64,000 nt of DNA from the human T2T-CHM13v2.0 reference genome, Homo sapiens. Shown here piece by piece: positions 30,847-49,930 of the stretch (position 1 is its first letter; each line of letters begins with the position of its first letter). Location: the NCBI RefSeq assembly GCF_009914755.1, contig NC_060938.1; one strand, 5' to 3'. The position numbers and the translations under genes are program-made. Under the pieces are notes generated by a model that was given only the letters and a program-made list of their open reading frames with translations, made no database searches and was not told where the DNA came from.

Positions 30847-32299
30847 CTGTGGAGCAGAGGCATGAGGCGTATGAACTGTGTAGGCCACGTGGCCCCCAGG
30901 ACTAGGGACTGGGGCATTCTCTCTCTTCTTCACCCACAGAGACACATCCTCAAGGGCAAAGGCTGGGCTTCCCTCGGCTCTGTGGTCCCACACTCACCCC
31001 TGGTAGGGCAGGGGCTATATAAACAAATGTTGATGAACATGGTCGGTCAGACAGGAAGAGGATGGGGAGGAGTTAGGGAGGAAACGATCCTCCTTGCCCA
31101 TGTCCTCGCTCTTGGGTGTGGTTAGACAAGGCCTCATCATGCATGCCATGTGCCCGTGGCAGCCAGAGAAGCCCACAGGGATGGAGAAGCTTGCTGGCAC
31201 ATGGGTGTGTCTGCTGAGGTCCTAGGGTGGAGGGGAGGTGTGGCAATGCACAAGGTGCAGGCAGGAGACGATTCGAGTCACTCAGGCTCCCTGGTCCTTG
31301 CCCACTTCTGTGCAGGGCCCTTATGTGGGCACAATATGGCAAATGTCAGCTCCTTATGGGCCACATGTGGGGAGTTCCTGAGAGTATCCTCTTCAGGGCT
31401 CCAGGGGCAGTCCTGATTCGGCTGCCTTTCTCTTCCTTGTCTTCCTCGCTCAGAAGGGATGTGTGTGGTGGGGACATGGGGTTATTCTACCTCCTCTTCC
31501 CTCTAGCAGATTTTCTAAGTGTGAGAGTAGAAAATGGCGGTGGAAATGCCAGTGAGGAACTGAGAGATGTGGAGAGCCTTTGATTTTTCAGCTGGAAGGA
31601 TCTTCTAGAAGCATCTAGTCACTGTTTCCAGAATAGGATTGTTCAAATAGCTCTGGAGTACACTCTATTCTTCTAATTCGTAGGAGAACTCATAATGCTC
31701 TAGCATGTCCTGTTCTGAGCAATCCCTTTAATTCCTATCACAGAGTTATATCTTGTAGCAATATTAGGTTCACTGAGCACCCTATATGTGTAGGACTGTG
31801 GGAGTTTATAAAGGGAGGATCATGGGAGGTTGCAGTAGACTGGAAGACTTCAAGAAAGAGGAGGTACTTGAGGCGCATTTGGAAAATGGTTAAAATGTAG
31901 ATGGGCAGATGGGAGGAGGAAGTCATTCTGGGATGGAGACATAGCACATAGTGAACCCAGCTATCTGGAGGGACAAGGAGGAAGTGTTGGGGAGATAAGA
32001 GAACCTTGAAAAGTCAGCTGGAGTTTAAGGCTTAGACTGGTAGGAAACAAAGGAATGTCATGATGAAAGTCACATTTGATCTGACTTATTCCCCAGCTGC
32101 AGTCTGCTCCGATCTCATCCCCAGTGGAGAATGGAAATAGTGGTCCCATTCACAAATGGCCCTTGCTTTCCAAAGGGTCTGCTACCATCAGAGATGATGA
32201 CGTGTGGTCAGCAGCTAAGAACAGAGGTGATTTAAAAATCTGAACTGCAGCTAGAACCATAGAGGAAGGGGAGGGGACCCCAAAGGGAGGTTCTCTCAC

Positions 32300-32449
32300 C
32301 TTGATGGGGCGGGGGATATCAGGCTTCTTCCAGCGAAGGACTATCTGTCCAGCAACCGTGACCCCATAGAAGAGGTAGTTGATGAAGCCCACGTAGTTGA
32401 TGAGTGTGTACATGTCGCTGGTGACCAGCATCAGCAGGGTGGAGATGCA
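32300..32449 (-). CDS. SLC7A8: SLC7A8 exon 9
   Basis: [22 protein letters not shown]...PRPIK|gtgaga. Confidence 0.96.
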
Positions 32450-34110
32450 CTGGGAAAGTGGGAGGAGCTCATCAGTGATCCGAAAGATATTCAGAGACTG
32501 GTATTACAGATTAGGGGCTGTCCCCCAGCCTCCAGGCAGATGATGCCATCGTATAATGGATGTCTCGAAATGGAGACTTTAGAACCTCCCCTAGTAACCC
32601 AATATGTTACAACATCTTTATTGCTAGGAAATCCTTTCTTATTACAGGGGTGATGATCAAAATATTTAACCACTCGTATGGCACGGGCACTAACCAATTA
32701 GAATGGATACTGGACATAAGCAGCTAGACTGGCCACACTGGTATTACCTGGCTCTGTGTCAGCCCCGGTCTCATTTGTATGCCTCTGTTGGTTATAGCTC
32801 AAGCTAAATTCATTTTTTTAAAATCCCTTAGGGAAGATTGTTAACAACAGATTAAGGCTGTATTCCTGCCCTCATCCTTTTCTCCTGGCTGAGTCATCTA
32901 TTTTTCTTCCTTCCTTTTCTTTATTAATTTCAAAACTGGTTACATAGCACTTACTGTGTGCCAGGTCTCTATGTTTAGCATTTGACAAAGATTAACTCAC
33001 TTAACCCTCATAACATCCCTATGAGGTTTTCTTGACAGAGTCTACTTTCCAACTTCAAAATCATCTCTGTGGCTCTCTTGGAACCATGCTCCTCCCCTCT
33101 GATAACTTGTGAAGGTCAACAAAAGGTTCTGTTCTCTTGTGAGATCCGATGGTTAAAATAATCGAGAAGATTTTAATGGTTCTTGCTACATCTGCCTTTT
33201 AGTCACACTACTGCACCAATAGCTCTAACTGGAAAAAACAAAACAAAACAAAACAAAAAAATGTGTGTGGCCCACTGGGAGTACTGTCTTCTCCAGCCAC
33301 CTTCGACAACCAACCAGTCAAGGTGACCTTCATCCTGCATCTGAACATTCTGAAATTGTACAGCAATGCTGTAAAATGCTCTTGGCTCCCAAGAGCTCTG
33401 TTATTCTGATTGCTAACTGCTTCACCAGTGGACCAAAGTCATTTTTAGTGTTTTATTCAGGATCCAGAAGGAAAATAAAAATAACTCAAAAGACTCAATG
33501 GGGACAAGTCTTTGTTCCTTCCTATAGCTCTCTCAAAATGATTCTACTCTGGGGATATTTTACTCCCATCTCTTTCCTGTCCCAAGTTTCCTTTGCACAG
33601 TTTCCAGTTTATCAGTCTTCCTCTATTATTTTTCGTATTTGGTGTACTGTTAACACTAACTTCATTTCAATGATGTTTCCCAAGAGACTGGCAGGCTGCC
33701 CTGAAGCTTGATGGGGGAAGTGGGTGTTTGCAGGGACCAACCAGCCAGGAGCAGAGGCCAGTGCTGCAACCCTGTGGTAACAGGTGCGAGGAGAGCCAAG
33801 GGAGATATATTTTTTTTGAGGCTGTAGAATCCTGAGACAGTCAGTTCAGTCTGACCCAAAAGGATGGGAGAACGGAAATAAGTCAGCCTGAGAGCCTTAG
33901 GTATTTCAAGACTCAGGATCTTTCCTTGCTATATCTCTTGATATTAACAAAGATGATGGGTATCATTTGCCAGATCCTCTAAGATCCAGTGAGACCTAGC
34001 AGCAGACTGCAAGGGTAACAGGGGTGTGTGTGAAAAGCATGAACTCCCAGCTTAGACTAGGCACAAAGAGAGGGAGGTGTGTGGAGAGTTACAGCAGGAA
34101 GGGCCCTTAC

Positions 34111-34207
34111 TGTGAAGAGCAGGGCTGGGATTGGGGTGCAGCGCTTCACGTGGATCATGGCCAACACACTGGGAAGGTGGCCCTCTCGGGCTCCAGCGAA
34201 GAACAGC
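34111..34207 (-). CDS. SLC7A8: SLC7A8 exon 8
   Basis: (R)[32 protein letters not shown]|gtaagg. Confidence 0.96.
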
Positions 34208-34648
34208 CTGTCAGGGAGAAAAGCAGGTCAGCCTGGGATAACCCAGGGACCACCAAGCCCCAGCTCCTTCATCCTTGCCTACCTTCTGCCCACACAGGGG
34301 CATCCCCACTCCAACCAGGCACCCGCCTTCACATGCATACTTTCCACCCCACCAGTCACAGAACCTGTGTTCACAAATGCAGGTGCAAGCAAACCAGAGG
34401 CAGCCAGTGGAAAAGTGGATGAACCCTGGGTATGTTAGACCCTGAATGTGGTATGGGTGGCTCAGGGTTACTGATAATTGTACTGTCACTCAGTGGGGTG
34501 TTCCCAATGCCTGAAAGGCTGCAGGAGCAGCCTCTGTCTGTTGCCTAAAATCTTCATCTCTTTAAAAGCATTCCTCACATCCTCAAAGGATGCAGATTCC
34601 CTAATACACTGGGACTGAACTGCATATGGAAAGCTTTAAAAACACTCT

Positions 34649-38510
<3,862 letters not shown>

Positions 38511-40562
38511 ACATATGAATATGAAACTTGAACATAAAAATCAGCCCTCCTTCCCTTTTACTCTCCTAAGAGAAAAGTGAATATTAGAAGCTGTCAACAG
38601 TAATTTACATGTCAGTGCAAATTGGACCACTTTTTTCTTTTTTCTGGGGAAAGGCCCACCTAAGGGATGACAGGCAGGGTACAGCTTGATAGGAACAAAA
38701 AGGCACATATTCAGCACACTGGGAGTTCAGAGGAGAATAGTCATTTACTTTGTAATTTGTGTATGGAGTAGACTGAAGCGAACAGCAGCAGCTAATCAGA
38801 AGTGTGGGAGCTGACTGTATCCCCAAGTACCCATAAGCAGTAACCATCATGAACTCCCTAGGCCGGTGTCACTAGTTTCATGCAGCCATACACATCCCTG
38901 TCCCCTCTCCCATGCTACTGCCCCTCTACAGGGCAGTCTCATGCACCAGGTGCTCTGTGGGGCTCATCGTGCACATAGCCAGGGTCCTGCACTCACGTCC
39001 CCCCTCCACATGCAGACAAGACCAAGTGTAATTGTCCAGATCCAACAGCATTTGCAAGTGTCAGGTTCACAAGAGACAGTCCTTGCCCAGCTAGCCGATA
39101 ACGGAGGAGACGATGACATTAAGCATAACACACATCCACACACTCTGACTCTTCAGGAAGGATCATCCTCTCCCTACCCGAGAACACAAAGGAGTGACAG
39201 AGAGATAAAGAAGGAGGGAAGGAGAAGGAAGGAAGAAGGAACTGGAAAGATGAGCAGGGGAGGCCTGGGTGGGTGAGGTCTGGCCTCTGAATCGGAGGTG
39301 GAGCACACCATGCGCCACCGTTTCCTGCATGCACACACGACTAGACCACATGCACGCAGACCGCTGCTAGGCCTGCCTGAGGGACAAACCCCACTCTAAA
39401 GTGACTGTAGCCAGTCACTCTCCTCCAATAGATCTCAGGGAGCCTCACGGGTCACTGTTCCTCCACCGCTTGGCCTCGGCGGGGCCTCCGTGTGGCCACT
39501 GCTCCTGTGTAACATGCACACGAGGTTGCTGTGGGTGAGCGTCACAGGGTCCCGGGGTACAGGGGACACCCACACCACCTCTTTCCAGCCCTGGGTCCTA
39601 AAAACATTGCACTCCCTTGTTATTTCACAGGAACTCTTCCTGATGTGACGGCTTTGGAAGCAGCTGAACTCACGGACTCATCTTTGGAGCAGGACTGTAC
39701 TTTCTGAGGGCAGCGGGTGCTTTCTAAGAACCTGGGAGGATCCCTTGAACCACACAAATGGAAGTCATTCAACATCTGCTAGCCTCAACAGCCCCTTCTG
39801 AAGACAGCAAAAGAAAGGGCCGGGTCCCTGGATGCATGGAGGCAGGACCTGGGACTCGTGGACCCGCTCGCACTTCTGGCTTCTGAGAGTGCTCTGGGGT
39901 GGGGGTCACGGATAAAAGGCTCTTTCTTTGGACAAATGTTTGCTTTCCACTTTTCCCCACCCTCTCACTTCACATTCTCCACCTGAGTCTCATGGGTGGC
40001 CTCAAAAAGGCCTCTACAGCCACCTCTCTGTTGAGCAGGGAGGAGCTCTGCATTCTTGGGGCAATCAGGGTGAAGCCATCCCACCTGCAGGCTAGTTCCA
40101 GAACATTCATGGGAGGCCAGACCCAGAGGCCCCAGGCACAAGTCTCCCTCTTGGTCCCTTTCCAAATGGGGTTCTTTTCTAGCCAGCAGCAGCCTGTTTA
40201 CAGGTACAGGACTGCAGCCAAGATACTGCCTTGCTGCCAACCACAGCCACTGACTGGGGGCGGCGTCAGGCAGGCTGGCGGCCTCCTCTGTCTTCTGCTC
40301 CTTTTGAAATGAGACAGGCCACTACATGTGAAGCACCTAGGACCCGTATGCCACACACATCGCAGGTGACCACGTGAGCAGCACACACTCCTCAGCATCC
40401 ACACTGACACACACGCCCTCATGTGAGCAGTCACCCCTCTGCAAGCCCAACATCCAGATGCCCACACAGACCCCTGCTGACAGAGACAAGCCCACCATAT
40501 ACAAATAGCAAAGTGCACAGCAGAGTGGCCCCTGGCCGGGGAAGGGCCCAGGCAGCACTCAC

Positions 40563-40666
40563 CGAGAGGAGGTGAAGAGAGACCCATTAACTCCTCCAAA
40601 TGTGGACAGGGCAACAGAAATGGGCATGATCCAGGCCATGACTCCTAGGAGCTTCTCTCCAAAAGT
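40563..40666 (-). CDS. SLC7A8: SLC7A8 exon 7
   Basis: [34 protein letters not shown](R)|gtgagt. Confidence 0.96.
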
Positions 40667-41756
40667 CTGGGAGAGGAACCAAGGAGATAAGCAAAGGAGA
40701 GGTCACCACTCCCCGACCCCTCAGCTCCCACTTCACTCTGGGAAACCGTTTCTCCTATCTCCACCCTTGCTAATTCTCTCTCGCCAAGCTTCTTAATTGC
40801 CCCCACCCTCTCAAGGGTGGACCCCTACACAGGGTGGTTAATGCATGTTTTAGGCTAATTAACTGAAGGAGGTAGTACACACTGGTAATAATAATAATGA
40901 ACTAACACTTACTAATCTTGTTTTATGGGTGAGGAACTGAGTCACATAGTGATTAAGTAGCTTGCCTAAGATTACACACCCAGCGAGTGGAGGGGCCAGC
41001 ATTGGAAGCCAGGTGGTGTGATCCAGGCCTTACATACATTATATGATTTCTCCAGCACAGGGAAGGGCACAGGCTTGTCAGGCAGATCTGTCAGGCAGAT
41101 CCAGGCTCAAATCCTTGCCCTCCAGCTAGGAGCTGTGAGACCTTGAGCAAAGTTTATGATTTTTGAGCCTCTGTCTCCCAACTGCAAAATAGGGATTAAT
41201 CCAGAATCACAGGGTGAGAATTTCTCAATTCATCAAAACAGATGAGTTGGGGGTAAAATAATAGGAATGAGCCCCTCCTTAGTCTGAGAAAGAAAAGGCT
41301 GTGAAGCTATAGATGAATCTTCATGTATTTAAGGACTATACAATGCAGGAGACCAGCCTTTTCTATATTCCCTGAGCCAGGTTTACAGCACATTACCAAG
41401 GAGAGATTGTTCAGAATAGAAGGCTGTTGGTCATAAGAACAGGCTGCCCCAGGAGATGGGAGGACCTCTTTCTTTACAGTCTTTTGAGATAAGGCCAGTG
41501 AAGAGACTGGCAGGCTGGGTGGTGGCCCAGCCTGATGCCAGGTGAGGGAGCAAGGTGCCTCCCAGGTCCTTCTTAGATGTGAAGGATCCCAACCCCTTGC
41601 ACCAGCATGGTCTCTTTCCCCAAAGAGCACACCTGACTTCTGCTTCTGGAGGAGAAGGCAGAGAGAAAAGGCATGTCTTGTGCAAGATTATGTCTTTCTG
41701 AGGAGGGGCCTGTCTGCTTCATACCACTCTCACATTTAGAGCTTTAAGTGCCCGAG

Positions 41757-41870
41757 ACTAGGAGTTGGCAAACTTTTTCTGTAAAGGGCCAGATAGTAAA
41801 TGTCTTATAGCTTCTCAGGCCACGCGGTCTCTGTGGCAATGACTCGGTTCTGCCATTGTAGCTGTTCTAG
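41757..41870 (+). mobile_element. MER58-like hAT DNA transposon fragment
   Basis: ggagttggcaaactttttctgtaaagggccagatagtaaat. Confidence 0.75.
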
Positions 41871-42058
41871 GTACAACCCAGCCACCTGTTTGCTCCTGGG
41901 CACTTAAAGATACCCCAGCCAATGACATATGTGGTTTCTGCCCTGAGAACTTGGGGGTGATTTCCACTTCCACAAGGCCATGGATCAGGGAAAAGTGAGT
42001 GGGGCTACAGCAGGCAAGTCTATGTCTGCATTCCTGGTATGAGACTCTGGGACTTTCA

Positions 42059-42680
<622 letters not shown>

Positions 42681-43113
42681 TAAAAAAATGAAGGCAATAA
42701 AACAACTCAGGTTGGAAATACGCTCCACACCTGTTGATCTTGACCTGAATCTCCACAATGCACCTTTTCCCCCTGCCTCAAGACACCAAGACCGGCCTGT
42801 CCTGAAACAAGCAAGATTCCCAGAAGCCTCTCAGGGCACAATTCATTCTCTAAGGCAGTAGTGTTACTGCAGGACAGTTTTCAGCTTCTAATCTGCTCTG
42901 GGAAAGTCACTGGATCCTTTCCTCCTCCTGGTGGGGTGAACGGCAAATGGTTTAAGTGCCTGGGAAATGAACTACGACTTCAGGATAGATCAAATCACAG
43001 TTAGAATGGGGCTTTGGAAGGCGAGGTGGGCAATGGACACCTGCTCCCTCTTTCCAGCAGCAGGTGCTGTGGCCCTTCAAGGGAGAGGGAATAGCCAGGC
43101 TCTTTCAACTCAC

Positions 43114-43267
43114 TTGTAGGGATCAACAAGCTCCTCAGTCACGTAATTCAGAAAGTTCCAGCCTCCATAGGCAAAGGAGCCCTGAAGGAAAGCCAGTGCG
43201 ACGAGGCCGATGTCAGGTTCCTGGAAATTCTCAAATGCATTCTTTGGCTCCAGCCAGAAGTACTCTC
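43114..43267 (-). CDS. SLC7A8: SLC7A8 exon 5
   Basis: (G)[11 protein letters not shown]...[22 protein letters not shown](K)|gtgagt; TM6 signature FAYGGW. Confidence 0.96.
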
Positions 43268-43644
43268 CTGTGGACACAAGCAACAGGAGGCCGCTCAGTG
43301 AGACAAGTCAGGGGCCCAGCAGCCCCTGGCCTGCCCTGGCCCACCTCTCTCCCCTCCCTGTGGCAATGACACCAACTCTGTCTTGTCTCCAGTGAACCCA
43401 ACATATTGGATAAATTGGGATAAAGGGAGCAGGGAATTTCAGGTCCAGGGCTTCCGAGACCCCGGAAACTACGAGTCCAAATGAGGGTTTAAGTGCCGTT
43501 CTGAATGCTCCTTTTGTAAAAGGCAAAGTTATTTAAAAGGAAAGGACATGGTAAATTGGGCTTTGGAAATACAGGATTGGAGTCATTGGTAATCTCCTGA
43601 CCACTTTCTCTAAGTTTCTACATTTTCATGAAGAAGCATCCAGG

Positions 43645-43965
43645 GTTGGGCACAGTGGCTCAGGCCTGTAATCCAAACAATCTGGGAGGTCAAGGCAGAA
43701 GGAATGCTTGAGGCCAGAAGTTTGAGACCAGCCTGGGCAACATAGTGAGACCCCATCTCCACCACTAATTTAAAAAGTTAGCTGGGTGTGGTGGTGCATG
43801 CCTATAGGCTCACCTATTTGAGAGGCTAAGGTGGGAGGATCACTTGAGCCCAGGAGTTTGAGGCTGCAGTGAGCTATGATTGTGCCACTGCACTCCAGGG
43901 TGGATGACAGAGCAAGACCCTGTCTCCAAAAAAGAAAAAAGAAAAAAACAAACAAACAAAAAAAG
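43645..43965 (+). mobile_element. AluJ-like
   Basis: Full dimer; TSD-like aagcatccag. Confidence 0.85.
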
Positions 43966-44071
43966 CAAGCATCCAGAACAACAAACACTCAAACATAAGT
44001 TTCCATAATGCTATATTAGTTCAAGCTTGTTTTGCTGCTTGCTTTGTTGATATCCTCCTATCTCTTTCTGA

Positions 44072-44394
<323 letters not shown>

Positions 44395-45136
44395 GTCTCT
44401 CTTTTCAAGATTCCCCAAGGACAGGAATTTTTAAGCAAAGAGCTGTTTAAACTGCCTTCCCAGCCCCCCTAGCACAGTGTGCTGCAGACTGTGGGCCCTT
44501 GGAATCATCTGCTGACTGGCTAAAATTTCAATGAGATAGAGAGTAACTGATCATATGTTACTTATTCATCTGCAGTTTAGCATTGGGACAGGAAATAAGG
44601 AGATTAGTGTGACCAGGAGAAAGAATTGAGGCCAGCTTAGGAGGGACTCACTATTTTTGACAAGATAGCGCAGTGATTTCCTTAAGTCTAAATGCCTGAA
44701 AGCAATATATAACCTGTTAAAGAACTTAATCCAACTGTTTAAAATAATCAGGCATATTATATAGCAGAAACTTAATTATGTTTCCTGGAGTAGAAGTCCG
44801 GGCTGCCCACACTGCCTTCAGGGCTTGTGGGAAATTTCCCTGTTTGTCACCTGACTTTCTCCGTGAGGCAGTGACGCTGGGCAGAGCCTCATGGTGCCAT
44901 GGGTCCCATGGAAACCAAATATAGCCTCAGGCTTGGAAAGGGCCAAATCCAGTGGGGAATGTTGGCAGGGGCCCCGGGAATGCAGAGCTCTCTCTCTCAG
45001 AGATTATAAGTAATTTTGAAACATAAAATACCTTTCTCTGTCCTCCACTTTAAGATGTGGACAAGATTCAACAGAAGATGCAGGGAGCTTCCCTGGGGTT
45101 GGGGCAAAAAGACAATAGGAATCTAGAGATCTGGGG

Positions 45137-45442
45137 TTTTTGTTTGTTTATTTGTTTTTGAGACAAGGTCTTGCTCAGTCGCCCAGGCTGGAGTGCAGTG
45201 GCACAATCATAGCTCACTACAGCCTCAAACTCCTGGGCTCAGGTGATCCTCCCACCTTAGCCTCCAGAGTAAGTGAGACCACAGCCATGCACCACCATGC
45301 CCCATTAATTTTTAAATTTTTTTGTAGAGATGGGATCTCACTGTGCTGTTCAGGCTAGTCTCAAACTCCTGGGCTCAAGTGATCCTCCTGCCTCATCCTT
45401 CCTAAGTGCTGGGATTACAGGTGTGAGCCACCACACTCGGCC
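45137..45442 (-). mobile_element. AluJ-like
   Basis: Full antisense dimer. Confidence 0.85.
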
Positions 45443-45719
45443 GATATGTGGGGTCTTTACCTAGCTGTGCTACAGCCTTGAGGTAAGCATGGGAGAGGTG
45501 ACCTTTGCAGCCTAAAGGGAGCATTCCCTACTCCCAGCCACCTCGGGGAAAATGGTTTCTCCTTCCCTTTTGTCAAGCAAGGGAAGAAGAAGAGAAGTCA
45601 CTCAAGGCTAGAATTGGGGAAATCTCAGGGTGTGGCATACTTCCAAAGCTGGGCTGAGAGGGTGTGTACATGCAAGGGGAGGAAAGCTGGGCAGTACCTG
45701 TTTTTCCTGCGATACTCAC

Positions 45720-45845
45720 CTTTGCATATCTGTACAATCCCCATGATGATAATCAGGGCCAAGGCCAGGAGCTTCCCAGCTGTGAAGATGTCTTGAACCC
45801 GGGTGGCCCACCGCACACTGGAACAGTTGACCCATGTGAGGAGCA
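45720..45845 (-). CDS. SLC7A8: SLC7A8 exon 4 (exons 1-3 lie beyond the window end)
   Basis: ttcag|(L)[41 protein letters not shown](G)|gtgagt. Confidence 0.96.
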
Positions 45846-46274
45846 CTGAAATGAAAGACCCCCAAACAGACCTTCAGGGGCTGTATCTGGCTGCATGATG
45901 CCCAAGGCACACAAGCAGAACTGCTCCCTCATCCTGACGATGACATTGTAGTAGGTGAGCCAGACATCCAGCAAGCTCAACCCCAGGGACCAGAGACTTT
46001 GGCTAGGTTAATGGGTTACAAATGGGGATTATATGTCCCAAATTAGAGCTTGGGCCCAGCATGCCCTGCTGAGGGCTGGAAGCCAGAAGTAGGCATGGAA
46101 GTGTAGGCACTGGCTTTGGGGGTAAAATCACATCTGATCAGGGCACAAGTATGGGCTTTGTCTTCAAGTTATTATTTGTGCAAGAGAAGCTGTGAGCAGC
46201 TGGTGGGAGTCAGGAAGCCACCTTCCTGAGCCTGATTTTGGGGTAACAGAGGCTTAGGGGAATCTTATGTTACT

Positions 46275-47125
46275 TAGGTTTATTGAGATATAATCTACAT
46301 CTTACTAAAACTCACCTTTTTAAAGTGTACAGTTTGATGAGATTTGACAAATGCATTTAATGGCTTAATCACTTCAGCACTTCATATATAGAACATTCCC
46401 AACACTCTAAAAAGTTTCCTTTTGCATCATGCTCCTTTGTAGTCAGTTAGGCAAATCTTCTTCCCCTACCTCTACAACCATTACTTTGACTTCTGTCCCT
46501 ATAGCTTTGTCTTTTTCAAAATGTCACATAAATGGAATCATATAATATGTGGTCTTCTGTGTTTGGCTTCTTTCACTTCACAGAATGCTTTCGAGATCTA
46601 CTCATGTTGTTGCATATATTACAATTTGTTCCTTTCTATTGCCAAATAGCATTCTATGATATAAAGGTATCTGTTTGTTTTTCCATAGACATTTGGGTTG
46701 CTCACAGTGTGGGACTATTATGAATAGAGTTGTGATAAATACTTGTGTAGATGTCTTTTTTCTTTTTGTGGATTGTAGAGATCTTTGAGTGGGGTTTTCA
46801 TTGCTCTTGAGTAAATCCCCAGGAATGAGATCCTGGGCCATAGAGTAAATGTGTTTAACTTTCTAAGAAACTGCCAAACTGTCTTCCACAGTGGCTGTCT
46901 CATTTTGCATTCCTACTCTCATGTCAGAGTTCCTGTTGCTCTGTATCTTTCCCAGCATTTGGTATTGTCAGTTTAAACACAATTTTTTTTTTTTTTTTTT
47001 TTTTGGCTAATAGGCATGTAGTTGTATTTCATTATGGTTTTGATTTGCATTTCCCTAATGGCTAATGATGTTGAGCAACTCTTCATGTGCTTATTTACCA
47101 TCCATTTACAAATCTTCTTTGGTGG
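46275..47125 (-). mobile_element. L1M (L1MB/MC-like) 3' fragment
   Basis: aagtgtacagtttgatgaga..., taagaaactgccaaactgtcttccacagtggctgt, ttgcatttccctaatggctaatgatgttgagca. Confidence 0.8.
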
Positions 47126-47559
47126 CATGGGGAGTTGTAATTCTCTATAAAAAATTTTAAAAATAAGCTGGGTGGTGTGGTCGCTCTGACTTCACTTGAA
47201 TGGCTGATCAAGTTTTATCAGTACCGTATTCTTATATGGTACTTCTACTTTCCAAGTATTTCCCAACCTTATTTGATGCTGAGAACATTTGGTTAGGGTA
47301 GGATGGTCCTGACATTAACCGTCTGTAACCTTCCTTTGTGCGCCATCTCCACCTGGCAAACCCCTTCTCCTCTTTCAAGATCCAGCTTAAATGTCACCTG
47401 TTCTGTGAATCTCTATAATTCAGCATGTTATTTATTCCTAACAACATGCCTGCAAGGGAAGATATATCAGCTGTGTTTTGTAGACGAGGAACAAAGTTTG
47501 TTCCTTCTCTCTAGAACAATCCCAGACCACTTTGTTTATATCTAATGTTGGGATGTATT

Positions 47560-47851
47560 TCTTTTTTCTTTTTCTTTTTTTTTTTTTTTCTGAGACGGAG
47601 TCTCACTCTGTCGCTCAGGCTGGAGTGCAGTGGCGCGATCTCGGCTCACTGCAAGCTCTGCCTCCTGGGTTCACGCCATTCTCCTGCCTCAGCTGGGACT
47701 ACAGGCGCCCGCCACCACACCCAGCTAATTTTTTGTATTTTTAGTAAAGACAGGGTTTCACCGTGTTAGCCAGAATGGTCTCGATCTCCTGATCTCATGA
47801 TCCTCAGCCTCCCAAAGTGCTGGGATTACAGGCAGGAGCCACCGCCCGGCC
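47560..47851 (-). mobile_element. AluY-like
   Basis: Antisense dimer; TSD gggatg(t/c)atttcttt. Confidence 0.88.
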
Positions 47852-47887
47852 GGGATGCATTTCTTTGTATTAAAATGACCTGCTTCT

Positions 47888-48187
<300 letters not shown>

Positions 48188-49719
48188 TTTTTTTTTTTTT
48201 AAGACACCAAGGGCAAGTAAATGTTTTCATGTTTTTAAATCTCAGGACTTATCATTGGCGCCTGCAAATAGTAGATGCTCAGCAAGTATTTAATAAATGA
48301 ATTTTAAAATATCACAATTCATTAGCCTTCCAATATCATCTCAGTCTACACATTCCACAGCGCACATCAACCTCTTCTGCTCCCCAGGAACCCCATCAAA
48401 AGGAGACACAATCCCTAGTTGGCTTCATGTTGCCAAAGGGCAACAGGGAACTTGACTTCAAGAGCAGAAGCTCCTGACTCCTCATGGAAGAGCTATTATC
48501 CAAGATGATGTCATGCAAGGAGAAGCAAAACATGTTGTCAGAGGAAGGATTTTAAGTGCCCGAGCAGGGAGAACACTTTGTAAATACTCAAATGTTCCAG
48601 ACGGACTGACATCCTGATAAATACACATTTGGTTTGTCTTACTCAATTCAATAAGGATTTCAGGATCATGTGCCTGGTGACAAGCCAACCTAAGTCACTC
48701 TAAACAACTGGGTCTGTGATCTCAGCTTCTTCCCTAGGCCCCAAGGCATGCAAGGTACAAGGCTGCGCCCCTTCACCCAGGAATTCAGGCAGACACAGCA
48801 GTAACTCAAGGATAAAGGAGATTGATAAAAGGAAGGAAGGAAGATTAGGAAACAAACCCCATAAGCCTCAGGGATAGGTAAGGATTACACAACAAGGAAC
48901 TGGATCTTGATCTCAGGGAAGAAAATCCTTCTCCAAGGGGAGGAGAGGGGAGGGCGAGGAAATGACAGAAAGTGCTTGAGGAAAATAAGGGCAGAGCAGG
49001 ACAACTCAAAGAAATTCCTCCTCCCCCAAGCAGACCACCTCCCTGTGTGCTGGGAAAGAAAACATGAAATCATCTCTTTACAAGATGGACCTTACTGAGT
49101 CACAGAAAGACACCTTCAAACTATCAGCTCTGTGGTCTTCCTGGGGTAACAGAGATAGGGATGCTTTGTAAAATAACCTATCTGTGGCTATCTTCTGTCT
49201 TGCCTAACCTTATCTCCATCACTTCCCAAGAACTCAGCCCTTGACTAATATTTAACCTTTCACCTTCACAGTAATCTTTCAGAAACAAGAAGAAATTCTG
49301 AGAATGAGGTGGGGATAGGCAGGCTGCCTGTGACACCTAATCTCCTTGGAACAATGGCTGCAGGCCCCAGATCTGGCCCTTCACCCTGCAGTTGGGTGAT
49401 CATACCATGTGACTGAGGGGAAAGAGGGTATCAGTCTCCTGGTACCACAAGACAGCTTCCCTCACAGCAGGCTGAAACCTGAGCCTCCACCCAGAGAGGA
49501 AAGGTCAGTGGGTGCTCGCCAAGCTCCTGCCCCGGTCAGGAGCCCTGCTGCTGGCTAGCTACTGCTTGGCACTTGTCTGTTGCGGACGATGATATTCTAG
49601 AACCCTCTCTTCTCGGCTAGACCCTGAATTCCGCATTCCTGAGACACAGTGACCTCAGGGAAGCCACATGTAGATGAGGATCATTGGCCATAGCAGCTTT
49701 GAAATGTGAGGGGCTTTTT

Positions 49720-49930
49720 ATCCATCCATCCATCCATCCATCCATCCATCCATCCATCCATCCATCATAGATCCATTCATCCATCCACCCATCTAGCCAT
49801 CATCCATGCATCCATCCACCCACCCATCTATCCATCTATCATCCATCCATCCACCCACCCATCCAACCATCCATCATCTATCCATCCATCCATCTGTCTA
49901 TCCATCCACCCATCTACTCATCCGTCATTC
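49720..49930. repeat. (CCAT)n degenerate tetranucleotide microsatellite
   Basis: Seen directly. Confidence 0.95.
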